NCBI GenBank assembly: GCA_963769935.1
Contig: CAVYNY010000022.1
Coordinates: forward strand, 512,001-576,000
Reading direction: 5' to 3'
Length of the DNA stretch: 64,000 nucleotides
DNA from: an uncultured delta proteobacterium
GTDB lineage: Bacteria; Desulfobacterota; Desulfobacteria; Desulfobacterales; JAFDCJ01
Shown here: positions 29,662-39,693 of the stretch, piece by piece
How the letters are laid out: each line of letters starts with the position of its first letter
Position numbering within the stretch: the stretch's first letter is position 1
Made by a program: the position numbers and the translations under genes
Notes under the pieces: model-generated
Databases searched by the model: none
Told to the model about the DNA's origin: nothing
Seen by the model: the letters and a program-made list of their open reading frames with translations, nothing else

Positions 29662-31583
29662 AATACAATGCCTTTATATCCTACAGTCACCGCCAGGATT
29701 CCAAGCTGGCTCCCTGCCTGGAAACGGCTCTGGAAAAGTTCGCCAAGCCAACCTTCAAGCGCCGGGCGCTGGATATTTTTCGGGATTCGAATGACCTATC
29801 GGCTTCTCCCGACCTGTGGGGCAAAATAGAAGAAGGCCTGGACGAATCGGAGTATTTTATTTTTTTGGCTTCTCCCGCGGCGGCACAATCGCGCTGGTGT
29901 AAAAAAGAAGTGGACCACTGGCTGAAAACAAAGTCCATCGATCAGTTTTTGGTGGTCATAACCGAAGGGGAATTGGTCTGGGATGAAGAAACTTCCGATT
30001 TTGACTGGACGAAAACCACGGCCCTGCCTCAAAATCTATCCGGCGCCTTCAAAAATGACCCCCTGTATATAGATTTTCGGGGCGATCCTCCCGAAGAAGA
30101 ACTTACCCTGGACCACCCTGAATTTAAGGATAAACTCGTCCATCTTGCCGCCACCATACATGGGATGGCGGTAGGAGACATGGTTGGTGAAGCGGTCAAG
30201 CAATACAAGCGCACCATGCGCATTCGAAATGCGGCTATTACCGTCTTGAGTGCACTACTGGTAGCAGCCATCCTTTTGTCGATCTATGCTACCCATCAAA
30301 AAAACGTGGCCGAATCTGAAACACGAAAAGCATTATTATCCAATTATATCTCCGGCTCACAGGCGCAACTGGCCGAAGATCCCACTAAATCGCTGCGATT
30401 GGCAGAGTATGCCTATCGCTACGCCAAGGAAAATGAATTGCCCACCAAAGAGGCTGCCGAGCAACTTATAAAGGTTTTTTACAGCGGCTATGGTTTCTAC
30501 CAAAAGCCCGCTAATGAAACGGCTGCCCAAGCAGTAAAAACCGGGGATCCAAGCAACGCCGAAGATTTTGAGTTATTCAGGCAAAAAACAATTGACATCA
30601 TCAATAAAGTTCAGCCGAACTTTTATTTAGGAGGCCCAGTTACCGCTTTTAATATAGATCTGCGATCAAACCAAGCCGAATTCCTTATTGCAGGCGGCTC
30701 TCTGGAATTCCCGCGCCTCTATTTCTTTAGTGATCCTGCTGATGAGTCCGGAGGTCCCGATGATATTGAAATAAAACTGGAAGGATTCGGCGGATTTACA
30801 GGTTACATACTGGATGTTGCCATTTCGTCGGACGGCCGTTATTCGCTTTTGGGTTCGGCCAATAGTAAAACGGCGTTGATCGATAACGATGCCTACCGCC
30901 AGGATGCCAATAATGCGGATGTGTTCAAGACCCGATCCATCCTGATAAGCGGTGAAAAGAATGCTATTTTTGATGTCGGCTTTACAGAAGACGATCAGTA
31001 TTTCATTACCCGAAGCCACGTGAGGACCTGGAGAGATTCCGAACAAAGCAAGATAACGGGTACCATTACACATCTTTGGAAAACAGAGCCCTTTCCGTAT
31101 ATTGAAATGCACAATTCGCCTGCGGAACATCATAATATCTCTATTAGCGGAGGGTATTATATGGTTCCGGTTGCTGGGGATCAGGACGAATTTGTCTGGT
31201 TCCATTATGCGCAAATAATTCACGACAAAAAGGATGCTGTTGTGGCTAAATTTCCCGATGCCAAAGGCATTGTTCCAAAAATAACGACAAGCCCCAACGG
31301 GAAATTTTTGGTGAACTATCAGGGGATCTTTAACAAGGAAAATGAATTGCTCATAACCTTGAGTTCCTATTTTTTTGATAACTCCGGCATTGCCTATTGT
31401 TTTTCGTTGGATGGCAATTTTCTTAAACTGAGTTATCTGGATGGACTTGAGCGAATTTTTGCCCTGGACCCCGAGTTTATTTTGGTACGATTGAATGACC
31501 CCGAGATCATGGGAACCATTGCCAGGCTGAGTGAGGAGGATAAAAAACGCTTTCTCATTGAAGTGGATTCGAATTCTGATTAG
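29658..31583 (+). CDS. TIR - TM - degenerate WD40-like protein
   Basis: NAFISYSH, IFRD, SRWCKKEV; TM AAITVLSALLVAAILLSIYA; blades such as ILDVAISSDGRYSLLGS and SPNGKFLV. Confidence 0.85.
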   Translation: MKYNAFISYSHRQDSKLAPCLETALEKFAKPTFKRRALDIFRDSNDLSASPDLWGKIEEGLDESEYFIFLASPAAAQSRWCKKEVDHWLKTKSIDQFLVVITEGELVWDEETSDFDWTKTTALPQNLSGAFKNDPLYIDFRGDPPEEELTLDHPEFKDKLVHLAATIHGMAVGDMVGEAVKQYKRTMRIRNAAITVLSALLVAAILLSIYATHQKNVAESETRKALLSNYISGSQAQLAEDPTKSLRLAEYAYRYAKENELPTKEAAEQLIKVFYSGYGFYQKPANETAAQAVKTGDPSNAEDFELFRQKTIDIINKVQPNFYLGGPVTAFNIDLRSNQAEFLIAGGSLEFPRLYFFSDPADESGGPDDIEIKLEGFGGFTGYILDVAISSDGRYSLLGSANSKTALIDNDAYRQDANNADVFKTRSILISGEKNAIFDVGFTEDDQYFITRSHVRTWRDSEQSKITGTITHLWKTEPFPYIEMHNSPAEHHNISISGGYYMVPVAGDQDEFVWFHYAQIIHDKKDAVVAKFPDAKGIVPKITTSPNGKFLVNYQGIFNKENELLITLSSYFFDNSGIAYCFSLDGNFLKLSYLDGLERIFALDPEFILVRLNDPEIMGTIARLSEEDKKRFLIEVDSNSD

Positions 31584-31732
31584 AATAAACTCCAACGTTG
31601 CAACCTTGGGGTGAAAAGTGTTCGACGTCAGCACTAGTTGGACCAAAGCGGGCATTTGAATAAAAGGGATATCTCAAACTTAGTGGAAAGCATGGGATAC
31701 TAATTAACATTAAATGACATTAAGTACCATTC

Positions 31733-31748
31733 TGGCTGCATAATTGCA
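31733..31748 (+). promoter_or_regulatory. Possible sigma54 -24/-12 promoter for the ldt-lpp cluster
   Basis: TGGCTGCATAATTGCA has GG-N10-GC spacing; partial consensus only. Confidence 0.3.
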
Positions 31749-31999
31749 TATTTGTTATCCCTAAAGCTGCCTGCTTTAATACATCATCCGGATTTATGGG
31801 CTTAAATTCTGTATGAGCGGTATATCCTTACTTTAGGATGCCCCAATTGAAATTGCCCCATTGCCAAGTCCGCATGCTCTCAAAGCATTTGATATGTGAA
31901 CAATAATATACATCTGTAATAATAAAATGTACTGGAATCAAAACCAAGTTTATATGGAATTGAGCTTTGCGCGTCAATACAATCTAATATTGCGGAAAG

Positions 32000-33409
32000 A
32001 TGATTTTTAATTTTTATTCTATAATCAAGGTCGCTTATATAACCCTGTGCCGAATATTTGACCGGTCGCCCTTACCCAATAAGCTACTTCTTGCAATACT
32101 ATTGATGCCCGTCTTATTTCTCCACGGCTGTGCAGCTATGAGAGAAGTTCTGGAGCAATCTCTGCCGCTTCCAAGCCATCTGGAGGAAAAGATCGAACGA
32201 AATGAGTTTGTTGTTGCAAAAGGAGATGATGTCATTGGCCGGTTGGCGGTCGTCAGGCTTGAAAAGGGGGATACGCTGCCGGATATTGCGAGAAACTTCA
32301 GTTTGGGAATCAATACAGTCAGTGCAGCTAATCCGGGGATAGATATCTGGGTGCCCGACTCCGGCGAGCGTATCCTGTTGCCTCTGAGCTTTATCCTGCC
32401 GGACACCCTAAGAAAAGGTATCGTTATCAACTTGGCCGCCATGAGGCTCTTTTATTTTAAAGCAGACGGCAACCTATTGGCCGTGTCGACCTACCCGGTC
32501 GGTGTCGGTACCACAGAGCGACCCACTCCCATGGGCCAGATGTATATAGTGCGCAAGAAGGTCCGGCCGACCTGGTATGTGCCAGCCTCGATTGCTGCAG
32601 ATCATAGGAACAAGGGGGATCCTCTGCCGGCTAAAGTACTACCGGGGCCTCTAAACCCATTGGGAGAATACGCTCTCTATTTAAGTGAGTCAGGTTATTT
32701 GATCCATGGTACCAATAAACCGGCCAGCATCGGTCTCAGGGCAACCAATGGCTGCATAAGACTCTATCCGGAAGACATAAAGAGACTTTTCAAAAACATC
32801 CCGGTGAAAACATCTGTGCGTATTGTTAACCAGCCATATCTCGTAGGCCAACGGGATGGAATAGTTTACCTGGAGGTCCATCCGTCCTTTGAAGAATCAG
32901 GTTCCGCTGAGTTGGAGAAGGCCTATGCAAAATTGAGGAATATTGAAAAGAAGTCAGGACACTCGTTAGACTGGAAAAAGGTTAAAGAAGTAGTGGCCGA
33001 GGCACGGGGGATCCCCGTTCCCATATTCGAGAACCATCATGGAAGTGAAAGGTATGTTACGGAAACCATAAAACTCAAGCACCCGGACAAATTGTATGGC
33101 AAACCGGAAATACCGGAACTCAAAACGGACGCGTGGTATGTTCTGGCGGCTACTTTAAGAGACAAGGTTGACGCACAGAGGCTTGCCGCAATTATTAACC
33201 ATCAGGGTCCGCAAATTCCTGCAAGGGTGTTGTCAACTGGCGATAGACACCGGGTTCTTGCAGGCCCTTTCAATAATATGAGCCAGGCCAAAGACGCAGC
33301 AAAGCGCTTGAAAATTGATTTGGAAATAGACGGTATGTTGGTTGAACCTGTAAGAGAGACGCAGCCGATTGCGCTTTTTCTTACACGTTCAAGCCGCATG
33401 TCTTATTGA
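32000..33409 (+). CDS. L,D-transpeptidase (ErfK/YbiS/YcfS/YnhG family) with LysM-like and C-terminal SPOR-like domains; probable lipoprotein
   Basis: Lipobox LHGC, GDTLPDIARNF, GPLNPLG, IHGTNKPASIGLRATNGCIRL, HRVLAGPF. Confidence 0.9.
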   Translation: MIFNFYSIIKVAYITLCRIFDRSPLPNKLLLAILLMPVLFLHGCAAMREVLEQSLPLPSHLEEKIERNEFVVAKGDDVIGRLAVVRLEKGDTLPDIARNFSLGINTVSAANPGIDIWVPDSGERILLPLSFILPDTLRKGIVINLAAMRLFYFKADGNLLAVSTYPVGVGTTERPTPMGQMYIVRKKVRPTWYVPASIAADHRNKGDPLPAKVLPGPLNPLGEYALYLSESGYLIHGTNKPASIGLRATNGCIRLYPEDIKRLFKNIPVKTSVRIVNQPYLVGQRDGIVYLEVHPSFEESGSAELEKAYAKLRNIEKKSGHSLDWKKVKEVVAEARGIPVPIFENHHGSERYVTETIKLKHPDKLYGKPEIPELKTDAWYVLAATLRDKVDAQRLAAIINHQGPQIPARVLSTGDRHRVLAGPFNNMSQAKDAAKRLKIDLEIDGMLVEPVRETQPIALFLTRSSRMSY

Positions 33410-33566
33410 ATTATCGTCCTCCGGCACCCGAGACGACCCTGCATTAAGAAATCATGAATTGGTTGTAGTCTAACTCGAACAGAGGTAAATTTTTTACAAA
33501 ATGTCAATAATCAAGGTGGACATTTTTAGGATGTAACGCGGAATCTTACAGTTCTTCATATGTTAA

Positions 33567-33722
33567 GGGCTCACTCAAAAATAACTTCACATTTTATACG
33601 CCGCTGCATCCCGCCCGACTGCGTTGCGAAAGCTCAGAATATCCAGATATTCCTGCGTTTTCGCGCCTTGCCGGACGGGCGCCTCAACGCCTAAAACTGT
33701 GAACTAATTTTTTCGTGAACCC
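33567..33722. mobile_element. 156-bp MITE copy 2
   Basis: Same length and TIR pattern as 6199-6354; flanked by TAA on both sides. Confidence 0.8.
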
Positions 33723-33757
33723 TAAGTAAATCTGAACGGAAAGGAGGTGACTACATT

Positions 33758-34081
33758 ATGAAGAAGAGTCTTTTGGTGATCTCAATGATGCTTGCTCTCG
33801 CTATTTCTGTAGGGGGTTGCGCAACAAAAGGTGACATTGAGCAGGTGCAGACCCGGGAAATGGAGATTGGCGCGAAAGCTGATCAGGCGGCTCAGGATGC
33901 GCAGGATGCCAAGGCAGCAGCCGATGCGGCCGTGATAAAGGCAAATGATGCGGCGGCCCGCGCTGAAGAAGCTATAAAGAGGGCAGAGGAAAGAGAGCGT
34001 ATCGCAGCTGAAAAGGAGAAAATCGCAGAGGAAAAAGCAAAACAAGCTGAAGCTGCTTTTCAGAAGTCAATGAAGAAATAA
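33758..34081 (+). CDS. Lpp/OprI-like alanine-zipper lipoprotein
   Basis: Lipobox VGGC, Ala-rich coiled coil, C-terminus FQKSMKK, strong RBS AAGGAGGTGA. Confidence 0.85.
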   Translation: MKKSLLVISMMLALAISVGGCATKGDIEQVQTREMEIGAKADQAAQDAQDAKAAADAAVIKANDAAARAEEAIKRAEERERIAAEKEKIAEEKAKQAEAAFQKSMKK

Positions 34082-34085
34082 GTCG

Positions 34086-34127
34086 AAAGGAAGTGGCAAG
34101 GTTCTGGGAACCGACCCACTTCCTTTT
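34086..34127 (+). terminator. Rho-independent terminator after the lipoprotein gene
   Basis: Stem AAAGGAAGTGG/CCACTTCCTTT followed by T-rich tail. Confidence 0.65.
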
Positions 34128-34159
34128 ATTTCTATGGTTTCGTATCGTACCTATAGCAA

Positions 34160-35170
34160 ATGTATAAGAAAAAGGATGGTTTTGCGATCATCAGACCCAC
34201 TATCAACATGTGCAGAGATGTCTACGGGCAAAGACCAAGGGGGGCTCGGGGAGTGCCTTCGCTTTTGCTTTGCCTGGACCGTGATAATTCCGATCCTTAT
34301 AATGCGGATGCAGTTACTTTGATGATGGGACTTCAGGCCAGATCAATTTTTCAGGAGGCAAACGATTTTTTCAACCAGGGAAAATACGAGGCTTCTCTGA
34401 GCCAATACGAGCAAATTATTGAAAAATATCCCTCGGCCGCGGACAGAGGCCTCTTCGAAATGGGCATTATTTATGCCCATCCCAGGAACGAACTCAAAGA
34501 CTATAATAAGTCCCTGGAATGTTTCGAGAAACTCGTAAGGGAGTATCCGGATAGCGAATTCAGGCGGAATAGCCAGATGATGATATTTCAAATCCGAAAT
34601 GTCATTATCAAGGATAAAATAATTGCTGCGCAGCAAACGCAGATTGAGACTTCCCGGCAAGAAATTAAAAGCAGAGAAAACGAGCTTATTGCGCTGCAGG
34701 AAAAGATTGAAACCCTTGAACAAAGGATTTTTCTACTCCGGATGCAGCCTGCAGATAAAGTGCTGATAGAAAAAAAAGAGCGGCGATTAACATTGCTTTC
34801 AAGGGGCGAGGTGATCAAAATTTACAAAATAGCCCTGGGAGGGGACCCGGTAGGGCCGAAGGAAAGGCAGGGCGATAACAAAACTCCGGAGGGAACCTAC
34901 ATCATCGATTCAAGAAACAGGGCCAGCGGCTATCACCTGTCTCTTCATATTTCCTATCCAAACGAGAAAGACAAAATGCGGGCAAAAAAACTTGGTATTT
35001 CTCCGGGCGGAGATATCATGATCCATGGCATCAAAAATGGTTTAGCGTGGATTGGTGCTTTTCATGCAGAGGTGGACTGGACGGAAGGGTGCATTGCCGT
35101 TACAGACGAAGAAATAGAGGAAATCGACAATCTAGTTCCAAATGGTACAATTGTTGAGATAAGGCCATAG
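34160..35170 (+). CDS. YkuD-fold protein (YafK/DpaA-like) with TPR and coiled coil; true start probably 34218 with a frameshifted lipoprotein signal
   Basis: GPKERQGDNKTPEG, LHISYPN, GGDIMIHG, WTEGCIAV; TPR-like N-terminal half; GCSYFDDG in an alternative frame. Confidence 0.85.
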   Translation: MYKKKDGFAIIRPTINMCRDVYGQRPRGARGVPSLLLCLDRDNSDPYNADAVTLMMGLQARSIFQEANDFFNQGKYEASLSQYEQIIEKYPSAADRGLFEMGIIYAHPRNELKDYNKSLECFEKLVREYPDSEFRRNSQMMIFQIRNVIIKDKIIAAQQTQIETSRQEIKSRENELIALQEKIETLEQRIFLLRMQPADKVLIEKKERRLTLLSRGEVIKIYKIALGGDPVGPKERQGDNKTPEGTYIIDSRNRASGYHLSLHISYPNEKDKMRAKKLGISPGGDIMIHGIKNGLAWIGAFHAEVDWTEGCIAVTDEEIEEIDNLVPNGTIVEIRP

Positions 35171-35179
35171 AAAAATGGA

Positions 35180-35398
35180 TCAAGCAGCACTGGCTTGCTT
35201 TTCGGTAGGTAACTTGGTTAAAATTAGTTCTTTTAGATCCGTTTTGCTGGAGGCATTATCGATGTCCATTCCAACCAGTTTATTTTCATCATCATAGTCG
35301 AGCGCGACGCCTGGCGACACCGCTCCGCTTTCCGACCTCTCTTTGGCTGATAAATCAATATCCATTGAATCTGTTTCCGGATATTATGATATTCTCAC
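35180..35398 (-). pseudogene. DUF2283-like protein with an in-frame stop
   Basis: VRIS*YPETDSMDIDLS..GVALDYDDENKLVGMDIDNAS. Confidence 0.7.
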
Positions 35399-35515
35399 CG
35401 CTTAAATGTCCTGTCCGGAATGCACGTCAGCCTGGAGAGCAGGTAACACGCTTATTTCAAGTCCACTAAATGGGTTCTGCGTAGGCTTCCAACCTACGAT
35501 CGTGGGTGACCAATG

Positions 35516-35850
35516 TCAGGTCTTCAGAAATTGCCTGTGCGACAAGCATCCGATCGAATGGATCACCTCAGCGGCAGCGATTTCACCTCCCCATAGTATT
35601 CCAAAATCTGCCGGCTTTATATCCTTAAACCAAAGGCGGGCATCCGTTCTGAATTTTTCTTGAACGAGCTTGGGTTTAAGGTTTTCCGGGTAGGCCTCTA
35701 CTGATCGTCTCAACAATTGCTCGGTTTTGAGCAGGTGTCGCCCTTTTTTCGCCAGGTTGATAAGAAAACCGAGCTCTTTGAGCTCGGTTATCACAAAGTC
35801 AACCGTTCCTAAAGCGACATTGGCTGCTTTGGCCATATCACGGTAGGGTT
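35516..35850 (-). pseudogene. Internal fragment of type IV TA AbiEi-family antitoxin
   Basis: PYRDMAKAANVALGTV HTH, EAYPENLKPKL, WGGEIAA; both ends missing. Confidence 0.6.
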
Positions 35851-35957
35851 GCCTGCTCCATATTCGGAGGAAATTCGATGATAAATTAGATTTATACGAA
35901 TTTACAATTGATTTTAACTACATGAAATTATATAAATAAAACTGAACCGTAAAAACT

Positions 35958-36215
35958 ATGGAAATTCTAAGGACTGATTTGAAGGATCAAGAAACAATCA
36001 GTAAGCAGATCCTGATTGCAGAGAAGGAACTTGCTACTCCTGATGCAAAAAAGGAGGCATTGCAAAACAGAATCAGGCAGCTTAACCACCTGAAGAAATT
36101 AATTGCTGATGAACGATTTTCTTTTGACCGGCTGCCTGAATCAGACGTAACAAATAATTCAGCTCAGGAACAAAAATTGCTCTTTTTCGGTCCTTGTTGC
36201 GCGGGCGGGACGAAC
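35958..36215 (+). pseudogene. N-terminal fragment of TOTE-type primase/SF2 helicase protein
   Basis: Coiled coil, then after one frameshift VTNNSAQEQKIALFRSLLRGRD. Confidence 0.6.
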
Positions 36216-36256
36216 TTAAGGTGACTCTCAATATATTCTTATCAAAGGAACTATGC

Positions 36257-37420
36257 ATGTCACTAAGACCTATAAATACCTACATTCAAAACATGCGACG
36301 ATCTGGAATAAGACGAATTATGGATAAGGCCACATCTCCCGGTATTGTGCACTTGGAGGTCGGCCAACCTGATTTTCCGACACCTGACCCGGTGATTCGC
36401 GCCGCATGTGAAGCAGCGTCTGAAAAAGGCGGTTTATATACCCGCTATACGCCCAACATGGGGTACCTGTCTCTCAGGAAGTCTTTGGTAAAAAAGCTGA
36501 AAAATGAGAACAACATAGATACGACTGAAGATCAAATTTTGGTTACTCCCGGAGCCAATTACGGAATTATGATTGCGCTTTCAGTTCTGCTCAATCAGGG
36601 CGATGAGGTGCTTATTCCTGATCCGGGATACGTGAATTATACATATCTACCGCCCCAATATGGCGCAGTCGTTGCCAGATATCCGCTTTACGAGCATGAA
36701 GGCTTTGTCCCCCGGATCGAAACCATCAATGAGCACATTACGCCCAAAACCAAAGTAATCGTGCACAACAGCCCTTCAAATCCGACCGGTTCCGTCTGTT
36801 CGGAATCCTACGTTAAAGAACTATTGGAGATCGCACGTTTTCATGATCTATACCTGCTTTCGGACGAGACATACGAGCACATCGTGTTTGACGGCAAACA
36901 CTTCAGTCCGGCCCGGTATGATATAGACGGCAGAGTTGTCAGCATATTCAGCTTTTCAAAAAGCTACGCCATGACCGGTTGGCGGGTCGGTTATGTCGTT
37001 TCTAATGCAGCCATTTCAAAGGCTCTGGAAAAGCAACAAGAGCTATGTGTGTCCTGTGCATCTTCAATATCCCAAAAGGCGGCAGAAGCGGCATTAGACA
37101 CAGGCCACAAGCATATCGACCTGATGGTGGCGCAATATCGCCGGCGGCGGGATTTGGCTATGGACATTCTTAAAAAACACGGACTTTATGCTTACACCCC
37201 ACAGGGCGCTTTCTATGTATTGATTGATATATCTTCTACTGGTATGGATTCTGATACTTTTGCAGACCGTATACTGCGTGATCAACAAGTGGCGCTGGCT
37301 CCTGGCGCAACCTTTGGCAATATTGCGGAAAAGTATGTCCGGGTAAGCCTCGCTGTCGATGACAAGGCTGTCATCGAAGGGCTTGATAGAGTTTGCAGCT
37401 TCATCAAGTCAAATTCTTAA
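36257..37420 (+). CDS. PLP-dependent aminotransferase class I/II
   Basis: GQPDFPTP, NSPSNPTG, DETY, SFSKSYAMTGWRVG. Confidence 0.93.
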   Translation: MSLRPINTYIQNMRRSGIRRIMDKATSPGIVHLEVGQPDFPTPDPVIRAACEAASEKGGLYTRYTPNMGYLSLRKSLVKKLKNENNIDTTEDQILVTPGANYGIMIALSVLLNQGDEVLIPDPGYVNYTYLPPQYGAVVARYPLYEHEGFVPRIETINEHITPKTKVIVHNSPSNPTGSVCSESYVKELLEIARFHDLYLLSDETYEHIVFDGKHFSPARYDIDGRVVSIFSFSKSYAMTGWRVGYVVSNAAISKALEKQQELCVSCASSISQKAAEAALDTGHKHIDLMVAQYRRRRDLAMDILKKHGLYAYTPQGAFYVLIDISSTGMDSDTFADRILRDQQVALAPGATFGNIAEKYVRVSLAVDDKAVIEGLDRVCSFIKSNS

Positions 37421-37459
37421 AATCGAACAAATTTTTTTCTAATAAGGGGGGACAGCTGA

Positions 37460-38500
37460 ATGAAGGCAGTTTTCTATGATGAATTCGCAAAACTACCGAC
37501 TATCGAAGAATTACCCGACCCGACTCCTGAAGACCATGGCGTCGTCCTTAGGGTAAAAGCAACCGGACTATGCCGAAGCGACTGGCATGGATGGATGGGG
37601 CATGATCCGGATATTAAGCTGCCCCATGTACCCGGACATGAGATCGCCGGCGTCGTTGAGGCTGTCGGCAAAAATGTCGCAAAATGGAAAGCGGGTGACA
37701 GGGTTACCCTGCCATTTGTTTGCGGCTGTGGAGATTGTCCCCAGTGTTTGTCCGGAAACCATCAGGTCTGCGACAGCCAAACCCAACCGGGATTCACCCA
37801 CTGGGGCTCCTTTGCAGAATTTGTGGCTGTCCATCACGCCGATATCAATTTGGTGAGAATACCCGATGAAATAGATAACGTCACAGCAGCAAGTTTAGGC
37901 TGCCGATTTGTAACTTCGTTTCGAGCAATCGTTGCCCAGGGAAATGTCTCCGCGGGGCAATGGGTTGCGATACACGGATGCGGCGGTGTTGGTTTATCTG
38001 CCATAATGATTGCAAGCGCATTGGGTGCAAGTGTGGTTGCAATTGATATCGCTGATGAAAAACTTGAGCTTGCCCGGTCAGTCGGCGCGAATGCAACCCT
38101 CAACGCCACAAAATCAAAAGATGTGGTGGAAAGTGTAAAAAGTATTACCAACGGCGGCGCGCACGTATCGATAGATGCACTTGGCAGCCCGGTTACCTGT
38201 TTTAACTCAATTGCCAATTTGAGAAAGCGCGGAAAGCATGTTCAGGTTGGACTGATGTTGGCGGACCACAGCAACCCTATCGTACCAATGGATAAGGTGA
38301 TAGCCAATGAGCTTGAAATTATAGGCAGCCACGGAATCCAAGCCTATAAATATTCAATGTTGTTGGAAATGATTAATTCAGGAAAATTACAACCTCAAAA
38401 ATTGATTGGGAAAACCATAAGCCTGGATGAGTCACCAGAAGCACTATCCAATATGAATAGTTTTGCCGGAACGGGGGTAACGGTAATCAATAAATTTTAG
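37460..38500 (+). CDS. Zn-dependent alcohol dehydrogenase family protein
   Basis: [24 protein letters not shown]. Confidence 0.93.
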   Translation: MKAVFYDEFAKLPTIEELPDPTPEDHGVVLRVKATGLCRSDWHGWMGHDPDIKLPHVPGHEIAGVVEAVGKNVAKWKAGDRVTLPFVCGCGDCPQCLSGNHQVCDSQTQPGFTHWGSFAEFVAVHHADINLVRIPDEIDNVTAASLGCRFVTSFRAIVAQGNVSAGQWVAIHGCGGVGLSAIMIASALGASVVAIDIADEKLELARSVGANATLNATKSKDVVESVKSITNGGAHVSIDALGSPVTCFNSIANLRKRGKHVQVGLMLADHSNPIVPMDKVIANELEIIGSHGIQAYKYSMLLEMINSGKLQPQKLIGKTISLDESPEALSNMNSFAGTGVTVINKF

Positions 38501-38573
38501 CGTATCAATTTTACGGTTGATCGCATCGTGTCTTTGCTCAAAGTGAGCAATCCCTTAACACAATCGAGTAACA

Positions 38574-38607
38574 AAAAAGCCGCAGTTCATAAGAATTGCG
38601 GCTTTTT
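38574..38607. terminator. Bidirectional terminator-like hairpin beside the att repeat
   Basis: AAAAAGCCGCAGTTC..GAATTGCGGCTTTTT. Confidence 0.6.
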
Positions 38608-38616
38608 ATATCCAAA

Positions 38617-38633
38617 TGGTGCCGAAGGCCGGA
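38617..38633. repeat. 17-bp direct repeat of the tRNA-Leu 3' end (att site)
   Basis: TGGTGCCGAAGGCCGGA identical to 40468-40484. Confidence 0.85.
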
Positions 38634-38765
38634 TATACAAGACAATTAATAATATCAATAAGTTATTAGAAACAAAGTGAGTTTAAACTAGTTTAAGCGA
38701 GTTTTTGTACATTCCTGGCCGCATAATCGCATATCAGTCGCATATTTCAATACACGTAAAATCAT

Positions 38766-39296
38766 TCAGTCAGCTCTATTCCCCACAAAATTTGGGTTGT
38801 CTGGCCGATCCTGCATTATTTCACGAATAGTAGTGAAACTGACCGGATAAAAATCGTTATTGTCCACCCCGATGTCCCATTGCTTGCCGATGGGCGGCAG
38901 TTTGCCATGGGAATGGCCGTATAGCTGCCAGCTGTTGTAGTGTGAGCGAGGCCAAACTCGCATGGCGAAATGACATACAACCACATAATATCCTTCTATT
39001 TCCTTCTCCCAGATGACTGTGGCTGACTTTTTCAGCCAATAATCGTGGCTGCCTTTCAGAAAAATATGGGTTCCGTTAAGCTGCCGAATATAATTTTCGG
39101 CGAAAGACTTTTTCGAAAGGGTAAAGTCTCCTGCATGAATCACAACATCCTTCGGTCCGACCGTTTCATTGTGGCGTTGAATAATCACGGCATCCATTTC
39201 ATCAACCGATGTGAAGGGGCGGTTACTATACTTGATGATGTTTGCGTGCCCGTAGTGTTCATCAGCGGTAAAAAAGAAAGTGGGTTTTGTATTCAT
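38766..39296 (-). CDS. Calcineurin-like metallophosphoesterase
   Basis: ADEHYGH, HAGDF, KGSHD, YGHSH, DIGVD. Confidence 0.88.
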   Translation of the reverse strand: MNTKPTFFFTADEHYGHANIIKYSNRPFTSVDEMDAVIIQRHNETVGPKDVVIHAGDFTLSKKSFAENYIRQLNGTHIFLKGSHDYWLKKSATVIWEKEIEGYYVVVCHFAMRVWPRSHYNSWQLYGHSHGKLPPIGKQWDIGVDNNDFYPVSFTTIREIMQDRPDNPNFVGNRAD

Positions 39297-39466
39297 GCGC
39301 TTTTTATAAATTTTATCTTTTGAGAGAGAGACCGGCAAATTAAGACCATTCGGGTCCAGAACTTCGGATTATAGCCAAAATAGGTAAAAGCCGGCGGAGA
39401 GGATATTAAATAAAGGGATTATGAAATTAAAAAATAAGAAAGTCGATAAGGAATGCTGATTTATCT

Positions 39467-39691
39467 TTACTTTTTCAGAAATTCATTTGGATCAATACCA
39501 GCTTCTTTGAGAATAGCTCTCAACGTTCCCTCGGGCAGATCTCCTGAGTGGTTGGGTATGGTTGTATAACGGTCGGTTTGTGAATCGTACCAGATTTCAT
39601 GACTTCCGGCAGCTTGCCGATCAAATGCAAATCCAAATGCTTTCAAACGCTTTATTATCTGTCGGTATCGGAAACCGGCTAATCGTCCCAT
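39467..39691 (-). CDS. hicA: HicA family toxin
   Basis: AAGSHEIW, TIPNH, GTLRAILKEAG. Confidence 0.9.
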   Translation of the reverse strand: MGRLAGFRYRQIIKRLKAFGFAFDRQAAGSHEIWYDSQTDRYTTIPNHSGDLPEGTLRAILKEAGIDPNEFLKK

Positions 39692-39693
39692 CG

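Noticed and set aside
30666..31655. 329-aa antisense ORF over the TIR gene
   Set aside because: Shadow frame; the plus strand carries the recognisable domains
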